This document shows, piece after piece, positions 11,328-25,538 of a stretch of DNA of 64,000 nt. Made by a program: the position numbers and the translations under genes. This stretch comes from Eledone cirrhosa. Taxonomy: Eukaryota. The DNA lies in assembly GCA_964016885.1 (NCBI GenBank), contig OZ024743.1, positions 316,014,001-316,078,000 on the forward strand, written 5' to 3'. Positions within the stretch are counted from its first letter, which is position 1; each line of letters starts with the position of its first letter. Below the pieces are notes generated by a model. The model made no database searches, had not been told where the DNA came from, and saw only the letters and a program-made list of their open reading frames with translations.

Positions 11328-12831
11328 TATTACGATTTTGTTTTTTTTGTTTTTTTCTATTAGGCTTTTAAATCTTTACCTTTTTAACTCAGTCAAGTAT
11401 TTCTAGATAAAAATAATTTTGTTTTGATTTTTTTGAAAATATAAGAATTTTTCTTGTTAAAGTTTTCTTTTTAAATTTCATTATATAAATCGTCGAAGTA
11501 TTGGCACGAAGGGTATTCTTGTTTCGTGAACCTTGAAATAGCATATGGCTGCGTTCCACGGCCCCTGATGTTGCAGGTTCAGCAGGAGTTGGCGTTTATG
11601 TTCAGTTTCTTAATACCCTGAAGTCTTTAAACGAAAGTCCTTGTGTTTGTGTTCGGATTAATGTTGTTAGTTAAAAACCATTCAATGTAGGTGTCTGATT
11701 CAGTTAAAAGTGTGTACTTTCACCTCTCCAGTTCAATGTCTTCGTGGACAGCATTGACATTTATGGCCGGGCTGGAAATGGTGACCGGATCAATTGGCTA
11801 AATTCGTCAGGCGGTGATCTCTGACATGCTCTTGATAGGTTTGCTGCCGAGTGTTGCACGGCAGGAATGAAAATCAGTACTGCGAAGACTCAGATACTCC
11901 TCTTCTCAATGATATCTGCTCTGTGCACTCTATATGTGCATGAATTTTCACTAAAGCAGAAGGTTGGATTATATGCACGTATTGTTAGAGCTGGTGCAAT
12001 AATGCGCCAGCTTCAGCATTCGGTCTGAAGAAGGGAGGTAGGTGTAAAATCCGAACTCGCTATCTTCAATTCGGTATTCCTACCAGCTCTTACCTATGGC
12101 CATGAATCTTTGGTAATGACCAAAATAATATAAAAATGTGCCTCAAACTAACAGATGTTCCTCGAGTCTAATGATCCACACCTAGCAAGCGCCGGCAAAC
12201 CCGGATCATTTGGCACTTATTAAACCCACGCATTGACCTGTGCTCTGACTAAGCCACACCCTACACTCACACTCCCCTGGGAACCCAAATGCAGAGATCC
12301 CGAGTTCACACCCCACTCTCCAAATTCTTTCTTAGTGTATCCACCTACTACCTACAATGTACCATCAACCAACCACTACACACCTGTGAGTTTCCTTTTA
12401 CATACTATACTTCCCATGTGTATAGGTGTAGATAGTCTTACGATCTTCTCTTCCCTAATTCTTGTATGGGTGTATGGATGTAGCATCTACATATGTGTGT
12501 GTGCATGTGTGAGTGACATTCGCGTTATTAACACGACGCTCTAACCAACTGAGCTAACCGGCCATTTGGATCTGTTGCTGTCAGAATAAACTATTAATAC
12601 AATAATTATTTCTACTTTTGGCACAAGGCCAGCAATTATCCTAGTCCTAAGAATAGAGTTACGTCCCTTTAGAGTCTGAGTTTAAATCCCGCCGAGGTCA
12701 ACTTTGCCTTTCACCCTTACGGCGACGATAAAATAAAGTACCAGTGATGCACTGTAATAATTGATGGCCTTGTTCCAAAAGTAGAAATAATTATTGTATT
12801 AATAGTTTATTTGACAGCTCCAGATACGTCT

Positions 12832-12905
12832 GGCCGGTTAGCTCAGTTGGTTAGAGCGTCGTGCTAATAACGCGAATGTCGTGGGTTCGAGCCCCATATT
12901 GGCCA
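12832..12905 (+). tRNA. trnI: tRNA-Ile(AAT)
   Basis: Consensus copy. Confidence 0.95.
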
Positions 12906-14410
12906 TATTACGATTTGTTTTTTTTTGTTTTTTTCAATTAGGCTTTTAAACCTTTACCTTTTTAACTCAGTGAAGTATTTCAAGATAAAAATAATTTTGT
13001 TTTGATTTTTTTGAACATATAAGAATTTTTCTTGTTAAAGTTTTCTTTTTAAATTTCATTATATAGATCGTCGAAGTATTGGCACGAAGGGTATTCTTGT
13101 TTCGTGAACCTTGAAATAGCATATGGCTGCGTTCCACGGCCCCTGATGTTGCAGGTTCAGCAGGAGTTGGCGTTTATGTTCAGTTTCTTAATACCCTGAA
13201 GTCTTTAAACGAAAGTCCTAGTGTTTGTGTTCGGATTAATGTTGTTAGTTAAAAGCCATTCAATGTAGGTGTCTGACTCAGTTAAAAGTGTGTACTTTCA
13301 CCTCTCCAGTTCAATGTCTTCGTGGACAGCATTGACATTTATGGCCGGGCTGGAAATGGTGACCGGATCAATTGGCTAAATTCGTCAGGCGGTGATCTCT
13401 GACATGCTCTTGATAGGTTTGCTGCCGAGTGTTGCACGGCAGGAATGAAAATCAGTACTGCGAAGACTCAGATACTCCTCTTCTCAATGATATCTGCTCT
13501 GTGCACTCTATATGTGCATGAATTTTCACTAAAGCAGAAGGTTGGATTATATGCACGTATTGTTAGAGCTGGTGCAATAATGCGCCAGCTTCAGCATTCG
13601 GTCTGAAGAAGGGGGGTAGGTGTAAAATCCGAAGTCGCTATCTTCAATTCGGTATTCCTACCAGCTCTTACCTATGGCCATGAATCTTTGGTAATGACCA
13701 AAATAATATAAAAATGTGCCTCAAACTAACAGATGTTCCTCGAGTCTAATGATCCACGCCTAGCAAGCGCCGGCAAACCCGGATCATTTGGCATTTATTA
13801 AATCCCACGCATTGACCTGTACTTTGACTAAGACCCACCCTACACTCACACTCCCCTGGGAACCCAAATGCAGAGATCACGAGTACACACCCCACTCTCC
13901 CACTCCTTACGTAGTGTATCCACCTACTACCTACAATGTACCATCAACCAACCACTACACACCTGTGAGTTTCCTTTTACATACTATACTTCCCATGTGT
14001 ATAGGTGTAGATAATCTTACCATCTTCTCTTCCCTAATTCTTGTATGGGTGTATGGATGTAGCATCTACATATGTGTGTGTGCATGTGTGAGTGACATTC
14101 GCGTTATTAACACGACGCTCTAACCAACTGAGCTAACCGGGCAGTTAGATCTGTTGCTGTCAGAATAAACTATTAATACAATAATTATTTCTACTTTTGG
14201 CACAAGGCCAGCAATTATCCTAGTCCTAAGAATAGAGTTATGTCCCTTTAGAGTCTGAGTTTAAATCCTGCCGTGGTCAACTAAGCCTATCACCCTTACG
14301 GCGACGATAAAATAAAGTACCAGTAATGCACTGGATTTATTGATGGCCTTGTTCCAAAAGTAGAAATAATTATTGTATTAATAGTTTATTTGACAGCCCC
14401 AGATACCTCT

Positions 14411-14484
14411 GGCCGGTTAGCTCAGTTGGTTAGAGCGTCATGCTAATAACGCGAATGTCGTGGGTTCGAGCCCCATATTGGCCA
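14411..14484 (+). tRNA. trnI: tRNA-Ile(AAT), G29A variant
   Basis: GTCATGCT in the anticodon stem. Confidence 0.8.
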
Positions 14485-15989
14485 TATTACGATTTGTTTT
14501 TTTTTTTGTTTTTTTCTATTAGGCTTTTAAACCTTTACTTTTTTAACTCAGTGAAGTATTTCTAGATAAAAATAATTTTGTTTTGATTTTTTGAAAATAT
14601 AAGAATTTTTCTTGTTAAAGTTTTCTTTTTAAATTTCATTATATAAATCGTCGAAGTATTGGCACGAAGGGTATTCTTGTTTCGTGAACCTTGAAATAGC
14701 ATATGGCTGCGTTCCACGGCCCCTGATGTTGCAGGTTCAGCAGGAGTTGGCGTTTATGTTCAGTTTCTTAATACCCTGAAGTCTTTAAACGAAAGTCCTA
14801 GTGTTTGTGTTCGGATTAATGTTGTTAGTTAAAAACCATTCAATGTAGGTGTCTGACTCAGTTAAAAGTGTGTACTTTCACCTCTCCAGTTCAATGTCTT
14901 CGTGGACAGCATTGACATTTATGGCCGGGCTGGAAATGGTGACCGGATCAATGGGCTAAATTCGTCAGGCGGTGAACTCCGACATGCTCTTGATAGGTTT
15001 GCTGCCGAATGCTGCACGGCAGGAATGAAAATCAGTACTGCGAAGACTGAGATACTCATCTTCTCAATGATATCTGCTCTGTGCACTCTATATGTGCATG
15101 AATTTTCACTGAAGCAGAAGGTTGGATTATATGCACGTATTGTTAGAGCTGGTGCAATAATGCGCCAGCTTCAGCATTCGGTCTGAAGAAGGGAGGTAGG
15201 TGTAAAATCCGAACTCGCTATCTTCAATTCGGTATTCCTACCAGCTCTTACCTATGGCCATGAATCTTTGGTAATGACCAAAATAATATAAAAATGTGCC
15301 TCAAACTAACAGATGTTCCTCGAGTCTAATGATCCACACCTAGCAAGCGCCGGCAAACCCGGATCATTTGGCACTTATTAAACCCTCGCATTGACCTGTG
15401 CTCTGACTAATCCCCACCCTACACTCACACTCCCCTGGGAACCCAAATGCAGAGATCCCGAGTTTACACCCCACTCTCCCACTTCTTCCTTAGTGTATCC
15501 ACCTACTACCTACAATGTACCATCAACCAACCACTACACACCTGTGAGTTTCCTTTTACATACTATACTTCCCATGTGTATAGGTGTAGATAGTCTTACC
15601 ATCTTCTCTTCCCTAATTCTTGTATGGGTGTATGGATGTAGCATCTACATATGTGTGTGTGCATGTGTGAGTGACATTCGCGTTATTAACACGACGCTCT
15701 AACCAACTGAGCTAACCGGCCAGTTGGATCTGTTGCTGTCTAAATAAACTATTAATACAATAATTATTTCTACTTTTGGCACAAGGCCAGCAATTATCCT
15801 AGTCCTAAGAATAGAGTTACGTCCCTTTAGAGTCTGAGTTTAAATCCCGCCGAGGTCAACTTAGCCTTTCACCCTTACGGCGACGATAAAATAAAGTACC
15901 AGTAATGCACTGGATTTATTGATGGCCTTGTTCCAAAAGTAGAAATAATTATTGTATTAATAGTTTATTTGACATCCCCAGGTACGTCT

Positions 15990-16063
15990 GGCCGGTTAGC
16001 TCAGTTGGTTAGAGCGTCGTGCTAATAACGCGAATGTCGTGGGTTCGAGCCCCATATTGGCCA
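15990..16063 (+). tRNA. trnI: tRNA-Ile(AAT)
   Basis: Consensus copy. Confidence 0.95.
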
Positions 16064-17569
16064 TATTACGATTTGTTTTGTTTTTTGTTTTTTTCTATTA
16101 GGCTTTTAAACCTTTACCTTTTTAACTCAGTGAAGTATTTCTAGATAAAAATAATTTTGTTTTGATTTTTTGAAAATATAAGAATTTTTCTTGTTAAAGT
16201 TTTCTTTTTAAATTTCATTATATAAATCGTCGAAGTATTGGCACGAAGGGTATTCTTGTTTCGTGAACCTTGAAATAGCATATGGCTGCGTTCCACGGCC
16301 CCTGATGTTGCAGGTTCAGCAGGAGTTGGCGTTTATGTTCAGTTTCTTAATACCCTGAAGTCTTTAAACGAAAGTCCTAGTGTTTGTGTTCGGATTAATG
16401 TTGTTAGTTAAAAACCATTCAATGTAGGTGTCTGACTCAGTTAAAAGTGTGTACTTTCACCTCTCCAGTTCAATGTCTTCGTGGACAGCATTGACATTTA
16501 TGGCCGGGCTGGAAATGGTGACCGGATCAATGGGCTAAATTCGTCAGGCGGTGAACTCCGACATGCTCTTGATAGGTTTGCTGCCGAATGCTGCACGGCA
16601 GGAATGAAAATCAGTACTGCGAAGACTGAGATACTCATCTTCTCAATGATATCTGCTCTGTGCACTCTATATGTGCATGAATTTTCACTGAAGCAGAAGG
16701 TTGGATTATATGCACGTATTGTTAGAGCTGGTGCAATAATGCGCCAGCTTCAGCATTCGGTCTGAAGAAGGGGGGTAGGTGTAAAATCCGAAGTCGCTAT
16801 CTTCAATTCGGTATTCCTACCAGCTCTTACCTATGGCCATGAATCTTTGGTAATGACCAAAATAATATAAAAATGTGCCTCAAACTAACAGATGTTCCTC
16901 GAGTCTAATGATCCACGCCTAGCAAGCGCCGGCAAACCCGGATCATTTGGCATTTATTAAATCCCACGCATTGACCTGTACTTTGACTAAGACCCACCCT
17001 ACACTCACACTCCCCTGGGAACCCAAATGCAGAGATCACGAGTACACACCCCACTCTCCCACTCCTTACGTAGTGTATCCACCTACTACCTACAATGTAC
17101 CATCAACCAACCACTACACACCTGTGAGTTTCCTTTTACATACTATACTTCCCATGTGTATAGGTGTAGATAATCTTACCATCTTCTCTTCCCTAATTCT
17201 TGTATGGGTGTATGGATGTAGCATCTACATATGTGTGTGTGCATGTGTGAGTGACATTCGCGTTATTAACACGACGCTCTAACCAACTGAGCTAACCGGG
17301 CAGTTAGATCTGTTGCTGTCAGAATAAACTATTAATACAATAATTATTTCTACTTTTGGCACAAGGCCAGCAATTATCCTAGTCCTAAGAATAGAGTTAT
17401 GTCCCTTTAGAGTCTGAGTTTAAATCCTGCCGTGGTCAACTAAGCCTATCACCCTTACGGCGACGATAAAATAAAGTACCAGTAATGCACTGGATTTATT
17501 GATGGCCTTGTTCCAAAAGTAGAAATAATTATTGTATTAATAGTTTATTTGACAGCCCCAGATACCTCT

Positions 17570-17643
17570 GGCCGGTTAGCTCAGTTGGTTAGAGCGTCAT
17601 GCTAATAACGCGAATGTCGTGGGTTCGAGCCCCATATTGGCCA
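17570..17643 (+). tRNA. trnI: tRNA-Ile(AAT), G29A variant
   Basis: GTCATGCT in the anticodon stem. Confidence 0.8.
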
Positions 17644-19148
17644 TATTACGATTTGTTTTTTTTTTTGTTTTTTTCTATTAGGCTTTTAAACCTTTACTTT
17701 TTTAACTCAGTGAAGTATTTCTAGATAAAAATAATTTTGTTTTGATTTTTTGAAAATATAAGAATTTTTCTTGTTAAAGTTTTCTTTTTAAATTTCATTA
17801 TATAAATCGTCGAAGTATTGGCACGAAGGGTATTCTTGTTTCGTGAACCTTGAAATAGCATATGGCTGCGTTCCACGGCCCCTGATGTTGCAGGTTCAGC
17901 AGGAGTTGGCGTTTATGTTCAGTTTCTTAATACCCTGAAGTCTTTAAACGAAAGTCCTAGTGTTTGTGTTCGGATTAATGTTGTTAGTTAAAAACCATTC
18001 AATGTAGGTGTCTGACTCAGTTAAAAGTGTGTACTTTCACCTCTCCAGTTCAATGTCTTCGTGGACAGCATTGACATTTATGGCCGGGCTGGAAATGGTG
18101 ACCGGATCAATGGGCTAAATTCGTCAGGCGGTGAACTCCGACATGCTCTTGATAGGTTTGCTGCCGAATGCTGCACGGCAGGAATGAAAATCAGTACTGC
18201 GAAGACTGAGATACTCATCTTCTCAATGATATCTGCTCTGTGCACTCTATATGTGCATGAATTTTCACTGAAGCAGAAGGTTGGATTATATGCACGTATT
18301 GTTAGAGCTGGTGCAATAATGCGCCAGCTTCAGCATTCGGTCTGAAGAAGGGAGGTAGGTGTAAAATCCGAACTCGCTATCTTCAATTCGGTATTCCTAC
18401 CAGCTCTTACCTATGGCCATGAATCTTTGGTAATGACCAAAATAATATAAAAATGTGCCTCAAACTAACAGATGTTCCTCGAGTCTAATGATCCACACCT
18501 AGCAAGCGCCGGCAAACCCGGATCATTTGGCACTTATTAAACCCTCGCATTGACCTGTGCTCTGACTAATCCCCACCCTACACTCACACTCCCCTGGGAA
18601 CCCAAATGCAGAGATCCCGAGTTTACACCCCACTCTCCCACTTCTTCCTTAGTGTATCCACCTACTACCTACAATGTACCATCAACCAACCACTACACAC
18701 CTGTGAGTTTCCTTTTACATACTATACTTCCCATGTGTATAGGTGTAGATAGTCTTACCATCTTCTCTTCCCTAATTCTTGTATGGGTGTATGGATGTAG
18801 CATCTACATATGTGTGTGTGCATGTGTGAGTGACATTCGCGTTATTAACACGACGCTCTAACCAACTGAGCTAACCGGCCAGTTGGATCTGTTGCTGTCT
18901 AAATAAACTATTAATACAATAATTATTTCTACTTTTGGCACAAGGCCAGCAATTATCCTAGTCCTAAGAATAGAGTTACGTCCCTTTAGAGTCTGAGTTT
19001 AAATCCCGCCGAGGTCAACTTAGCCTTTCACCCTTACGGCGACGATAAAATAAAGTACCAGTAATGCACTGGATTTATTGATGGCCTTGTTCCAAAAGTA
19101 GAAATAATTATTGTATTAATAGTTTATTTGACATCCCCAGGTACGTCT

Positions 19149-19222
19149 GGCCGGTTAGCTCAGTTGGTTAGAGCGTCGTGCTAATAACGCGAATGTCGTG
19201 GGTTCGAGCCCCATATTGGCCA
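19149..19222 (+). tRNA. trnI: tRNA-Ile(AAT)
   Basis: Consensus copy. Confidence 0.95.
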
Positions 19223-20727
19223 TATTACGATTTGTTTTGTTTTTTGTTTTTTTCTATTAGGCTTTTAAACCTTTACCTTTTTAACTCAGTGAAGTATTTC
19301 TAGATAAAAATAATTTTGTTTTGATTTTTTGAAAATATAAGAATTTTTCTTGTTAAAGTTTTCTTTTTAAATTTCATTATATAAATCGTCGAAGTATTGG
19401 CACGAAGGGTATTCTTGTTTCGTGAACCTTGAAATAGCATATGGCTGCGTTCCACGGCCCCTGATGTTGCAGGTTCAGCAGGAGTTGGCGTTTATGTTCA
19501 GTTTCTTAATACCCTGAAGTCTTTAAACGAAAGTCCTAGTGTTTGTGTTCGGATTAATGTTGTTAGTTAAAAACCATTCAATGTAGGTGTCTGACTCAGT
19601 TAAAAGTGTGTACTTTCACCTCTCCAGTTCAATGTCTTCGTGGACAGCATTGACATTTATGGCCGGGCTGGAAATGGTGACCGGATCAATGGGCTAAATT
19701 CGTCAGGCGGTGAACTCCGACATGCTCTTGATAGGTTTGCTGCCGAATGCTGCACGGCAGGAATGAAAATCAGTACTGCGAAGACTGAGATACTCATCTT
19801 CTCAATGATATCTGCTCTGTGCACTCTATATGTGCATGAATTTTCACTGAAGCAGAAGGTTGGATTATATGCACGTATTGTTAGAGCTGGTGCAATAATG
19901 CGCCAGCTTCAGCATTCGGTCTGAAGAAGGGAGGTAGGTGTAAAATCCGAACTCGCTATCTTCAATTCGGTATTCCTACCAGCTCTTACCTATGGCCATG
20001 AATCTTTGGTAATGACCAAAATAATATAAAAATGTGCCTCAAACTAACAGATGTTCCTCGAGTCTAATGATCCACACCTAGCAAGCGCCGGCAAACCCGG
20101 ATCATTTGGCACTTATTAAACCCTCGCATTGACCTGTGCTCTGACTAATCCCCACCCTACACTCACACTCCCCTGGGAACCCAAATGCAGAGATCCCGAG
20201 TTTACACCCCACTCTCCCACTTCTTCCTTAGTGTATCCACCTACTACCTACAATGTACCATCAACCAACCACTACACACCTGTGAGTTTCCTTTTACATA
20301 CTATACTTCCCATGTGTATAGGTGTAGATAGTCTTACCATCTTCTCTTCCCTAATTCTTGTATGGGTGTATGGATGTAGCATCTACATATGTGTGTGTGC
20401 ATGTGTGAGTGACATTCGCGTTATTAACACGACGCTCTAACCAACTGAGCTAACCGGCCAGTTGGATCTGTTGCTGTCTAAATAAACTATTAATACAATA
20501 ATTATTTCTACTTTTGGCACAAGGCCAGCAATTATCCTAGTCCTAAGAATAGAGTTACGTCCCTTTAGAGTCTGAGTTTAAATCCCGCCGAGGTCAACTT
20601 AGCCTTTCACCCTTACGGCGACGATAAAATAAAGTACCAGTAATGCACTGGATTTATTGATGGCCTTGTTCCAAAAGTAGAAATAATTATTGTATTAATA
20701 GTTTATTTGACATCCCCAGGTACGTCT

Positions 20728-20801
20728 GGCCGGTTAGCTCAGTTGGTTAGAGCGTCGTGCTAATAACGCGAATGTCGTGGGTTCGAGCCCCATATTGGCC
20801 A
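20728..20801 (+). tRNA. trnI: tRNA-Ile(AAT)
   Basis: Consensus copy. Confidence 0.95.
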
Positions 20802-22306
20802 TATTACGATTTGTTTTGTTTTTTGTTTTTTTCTATTAGGCTTTTAAACCTTTACCTTTTTAACTCAGTGAAGTATTTCTAGATAAAAATAATTTTGTTT
20901 TGATTTTTTGAAAATATAAGAATTTTTCTTGTTAAAGTTTTCTTTTTAAATTTCATTATATAAATCGTCGAAGTATTGGCACGAAGGGTATTCTTGTTTC
21001 GTGAACCTTGAAATAGCATATGGCTGCGTTCCACGGCCCCTGATGTTGCAGGTTCAGCAGGAGTTGGCGTTTATGTTCAGTTTCTTAATACCCTGAAGTC
21101 TTTAAACGAAAGTCCTAGTGTTTGTGTTCGGATTAATGTTGTTAGTTAAAAACCATTCAATGTAGGTGTCTGATTCAGTTAAAAGTGTGTACTCTCACCT
21201 CTCCAGTTCAATGTCTTCGTGGACAGCATTGACATTTATGGCCGGGCTGGAAATGGTGACCGGATCAATTGGCTAAATTCGTCAGGCGGTGAACTCCGAC
21301 ATGCACGTGATAGGTTTGCTGCCGAATGCTGCACGGCAGGAATGAAAATCAGTACTGCGAAGACTGAGATACTCATCTTCTCAATGATATCTGCTCTGTG
21401 CACTCTATATGTGCATGAATTTTCACTGAAGCAGAAGGTTGGATTATATGCACGTATTGTTAGAGCTGGTGCAATAATGCGCCAGCTTCAGCATTCGGTC
21501 TGAAGAAGGGAGGTAGGTGTAAAATCCAAACTCGCTATCTTCAATTCGGCATTCCTACCAGCTCTTACCTATGGCCATGAATCTTTGGTAATGACCAAAA
21601 TAATATAAAAATGTGCCTCAAACTAACAGATGTTCCTCGAGTCTAATGATCCACACCTAGCAAGCGCCGGCAAACCCGGATCATTTGGCACTTATTAAAC
21701 CCACGCATTGACCTGTGCTCTGACTAAGCCCCACCCTACACTCACACTCCCCTGGGAACCCAAATGCAGAGATCCCGAGTTCACGCCCCACTCTCCCACT
21801 TCTTCCTTAGTGTATCCACCTACTACCTACAATGTACCATCAACCAACCACTACACACCGGTGAGTTTCCTTTTACATTCTATACTTCCCATGTGTATAG
21901 GTGTAGATAGTCTTACGATCTTCTCTTCCCTAATTCTTGTATGGGTGTAAGGATGTAGCATCTACATATGTGTGTGTGCATGTGTGAGTGACATTCGCGT
22001 TATTAACACGACGCTCTAACCAACTGAGCTAACCGGCCAGTTGGATCTGTTGCTGTCTAAATAAACTATTAATACAATAATTATTTCTACTTTTGGCACA
22101 AGGCCAGCAATTATCCTAGTCCTAAGAATAGAGTTACGTCCCTTTAGAGTCTGAGTTTAAATCCCGCCGAGGTCAACTTAGCCTTTCACCCTTACGGCGA
22201 CGATAAAATAAAGTACCAGTAATGCACTGGATTCATTGATGGCCTTGTTCCAAAAGTAGAAATAATTATTGTATTAATAGTTTATTTGACATCCCCAGAT
22301 ACGTCT

Positions 22307-22380
22307 GGCCGGTTAGCTCAGTTGGTTAGAGCGTCGTGCTAATAACGCGAATGTCGTGGGTTCGAGCCCCATATTGGCCA
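22307..22380 (+). tRNA. trnI: tRNA-Ile(AAT)
   Basis: Consensus copy. Confidence 0.95.
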
Positions 22381-23885
22381 TATTACGATTTGTTGTTTTT
22401 TTTGTTTTTTTCTATTAGGCTTTTAAACCTTTACCTTTTTAACTCAGTCAAGTATTTCAAGATAAAAATAATTTTGTTTTGATTTTTTTGAAAATATAAG
22501 AATTTTTCTTGTTAAAGTTTTCTTTTTAAATTTCATTATATAACTCGTCGAAGTATTGGCACGAAGGGTATTCTTGTTTCGTGAACCTTGAAATAGCATA
22601 TGGCTGCGTTCCACGGCCCCTGATGTTGCAGGTTCAGCAGGAGTTGGCGTTTATGTTCAGTTTCTTAATACCCTGAAGTCTTTAAACGAAAGTCCTAGTG
22701 TTTGTGTTCGGATTAATGTTGTTAGTTAAAAACCATTCAATGTAGGTGTCTGACTCAGTTAAAAGTGTGTACTTTCACCTCTCCAGTTCAATGTCTTCGT
22801 GGACAGCATTGACATTTATGGCCGGGCTGGAAATGGTGACCGGATCAATTGGCTAAATTCGTCAGGCGGTGAACTCCGACATGCACGTGATAGGTTTGCT
22901 GCCGAATGCTGCACGGCAGGAATGAAAATAAGTACTGCGAAGACTGAGATACTCATCTTCTCAATGATATCTGCTCTGTGCACTCTATATGTGCATGAAT
23001 TTTCACTGAAGCAGAAGGTTGGAGTATATGCACGTATTGTTAGAGCTGGTGCAATAATGCGCCAGCTTCAGCATTCGGTCTGAAGAAGGGAGGTAGGTGT
23101 AAAATCCGAACTCGCTATCTTCAATTCGGTATTCCTACCAGCTCTTACCTATGGCCATGAATCTTTGGTAATGACCAAAATAATATAAAAATGTGCCTCA
23201 AACTAACAGATGTTCCTCGAGTCTAATGATCCACACCTAGCAAGCGCCGGCAAACCCGGATCATTTGGCACTTATTAAACCCTCGCATTGACCTGTGCTC
23301 TGACTAATCCCCACCCTACACTCACACTCCCCTGGGAACCCAAATGCAGAGATCCCGAGTTCACACCCCACTCTCCCACTTCTTCCTTAGTGTATCCACC
23401 TACTACCTACAATGTACCATCAACCAACCACTACACACCTGTGAGTTTCCTTTTACATACTATACTTCCCATGTGTATAGGTGTAGATAGTCTTACCATC
23501 TTCTCTTCCCTAATTCTTGTATGGGTGTATGGATGTAGCATCTACATATGTGTGTGTGCATGTGTGAGTGACATTCGCGTTATTAACACGACGCTCTAAC
23601 CAACTGTGCTAACCGGCCAGTTGGATCTGTTGCTGTCAGAATAAACTACTAATACAATAATTATTTCTACTTTTGGCACAAGGCCAGCAATTATCCTAGT
23701 CCTAAGAATAGAGTTACGTCCCTTTAGAGTCTGAGTTTAAATCCCGCCGAGGTCAACTTTGCCTTTCACCCTTACGGCGACGATAAAATAAAGTACCAGT
23801 GATGCACTGAATAATTGATGGCCTTGTTCCAAAAGTAGAAATAATTATTGTATTAATAGTTTATTTGACATCCCCAGATACGTCT

Positions 23886-23959
23886 GGCCGGTTAGCTTAG
23901 TTGGTTAGAGCGTCGTGCTAACAACGCGAATGTCGTGGGTTCGAGCCCCATATTGGCCA
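23886..23959 (+). tRNA. tRNA with Val anticodon AAC on a tRNA-Ile body (T36C, C13T)
   Basis: The loop reads CT AAC AA (anticodon 23,920-23,922); the D stem is GCTT/GAGC with a U13:G22 wobble. Confidence 0.85.
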
Positions 23960-25464
23960 TATTACGATTTGTTTTTTTTTGTTTTTTTCTATTAGGCTTT
24001 TAAACCTTTACCTTTTTAACTCAGTCAAGTATTTCTAGATAGAAATAATTTTGTTTTGATTTTTTTGAAAATATAAGAATTTTTCTTGTTAAAGTTTTCT
24101 TTTTAAATTTCATTATATAAATCGTCGAAGTATTGGCACGAAGGGTATTCTTGTTTCGTGAACCTTGAAATAGCATATGGCTGCGTTCCACGGCCCCTGA
24201 TGTTGCAGGTTCAGCAGGAGTTGGCGTTTATGTTCAGTTTCTTAATACCCTGAAGTCTTTAAACGAAAGTCCTAGTGTTTCTGTTCGGATTAATGTTGTT
24301 AGTTAAAAGCCATTCAATGTAGGTGTCTGACTCAGTTAAAAGTGTGTACTTTGACCTCTCCAGTTCAATGTCTTCGTGGACAGCATTGACATTTATGGCC
24401 GGGCTGGAAATGGTGACCGGATCAATGGGCTAAATTCGTCAGGCGGTGATCTCTGACATGCTCTTGATAGGTTTGCTGCCGAGTGTTGCACGGCAGGAAT
24501 GAAAATCAGTACTGCGAAGACTCAGATACTCCTCTTCTCAATGATATCTGCTCTGTGCACTCTATATGTGCATGAATTTTCACTAAAGCAGAAGGTTGGA
24601 TTATATGCACGTATTGTTAGAGCTGGTGCAATAATGCGCCAGCTTCAGCATTCGGTCTGAAGAAGGGAGGTAGGTGTAAAATCCGAAGTCGCTATCTTCA
24701 ATTCGGTATTCCTACCAGCTCTTACCTATGGCCATGAATCTTTGGTAATGACCAAAATAATATAAAAATGTGCCTCAAACTAACAGATGTTCCTCGAGTC
24801 TAATGATCCACGCCTAGCAAGCGCCGGCAAACCCGGATCATTTGGCATTTATTAAATCCCACGCATTGACCTGTACTTTGACTAAGACCCACCCTACACT
24901 CACACTCCCCTGAGAACCCAAATGCAGAGATCACGAGTACACACCCCACTCTCCCACTCCTTACGTAGTGTATCCACCTACTACCTACAATGTACCATCA
25001 ACCAACCACTACACACCTGTGAGTTTCCTTTTACATACTATACTTCCCATGTGTATAGGTGTAGATAATCTTACCATCTTCTCTTCCCTAATTCTTGTAT
25101 GGGTGTATGGATGTAGCATCTACATATGTGTGTGTGCATGTGTGAGTGACATTCGCGTTATTAACACGACGCTCTAACCAACTGAGCTAACCGGGCAGTT
25201 GGATCTGTTGCTGTCAGAATAAACTATTAATACAATAATTATTTCTACTTTTGGCACAAGGCCAGCAATTATCCTAGTCCTAAGAATAGAGTTATGTCCC
25301 TTTAGAGTCTGAGTTTAAATCCTGCCGTGGTCAACTAAGCCTTTCACCCTTACGGCGACGATAAAATAAAGTACCAGTAATGCACTGGATTTATTGATGG
25401 CCTTGTTCCAAAAGTAGAAATAATTATTGTATTAATAGTTTATTTGACAGCCCCAGATACCTCT

Positions 25465-25538
25465 GGCCGGTTAGCTCAGTTGGTTAGAGCGTCATGCTAA
25501 TAACGCGAATGTCGTGGGTTCGAGCCCCATATTGGCCA
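25465..25538 (+). tRNA. trnI: tRNA-Ile(AAT), G29A variant
   Basis: GTCATGCT in the anticodon stem. Confidence 0.8.
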
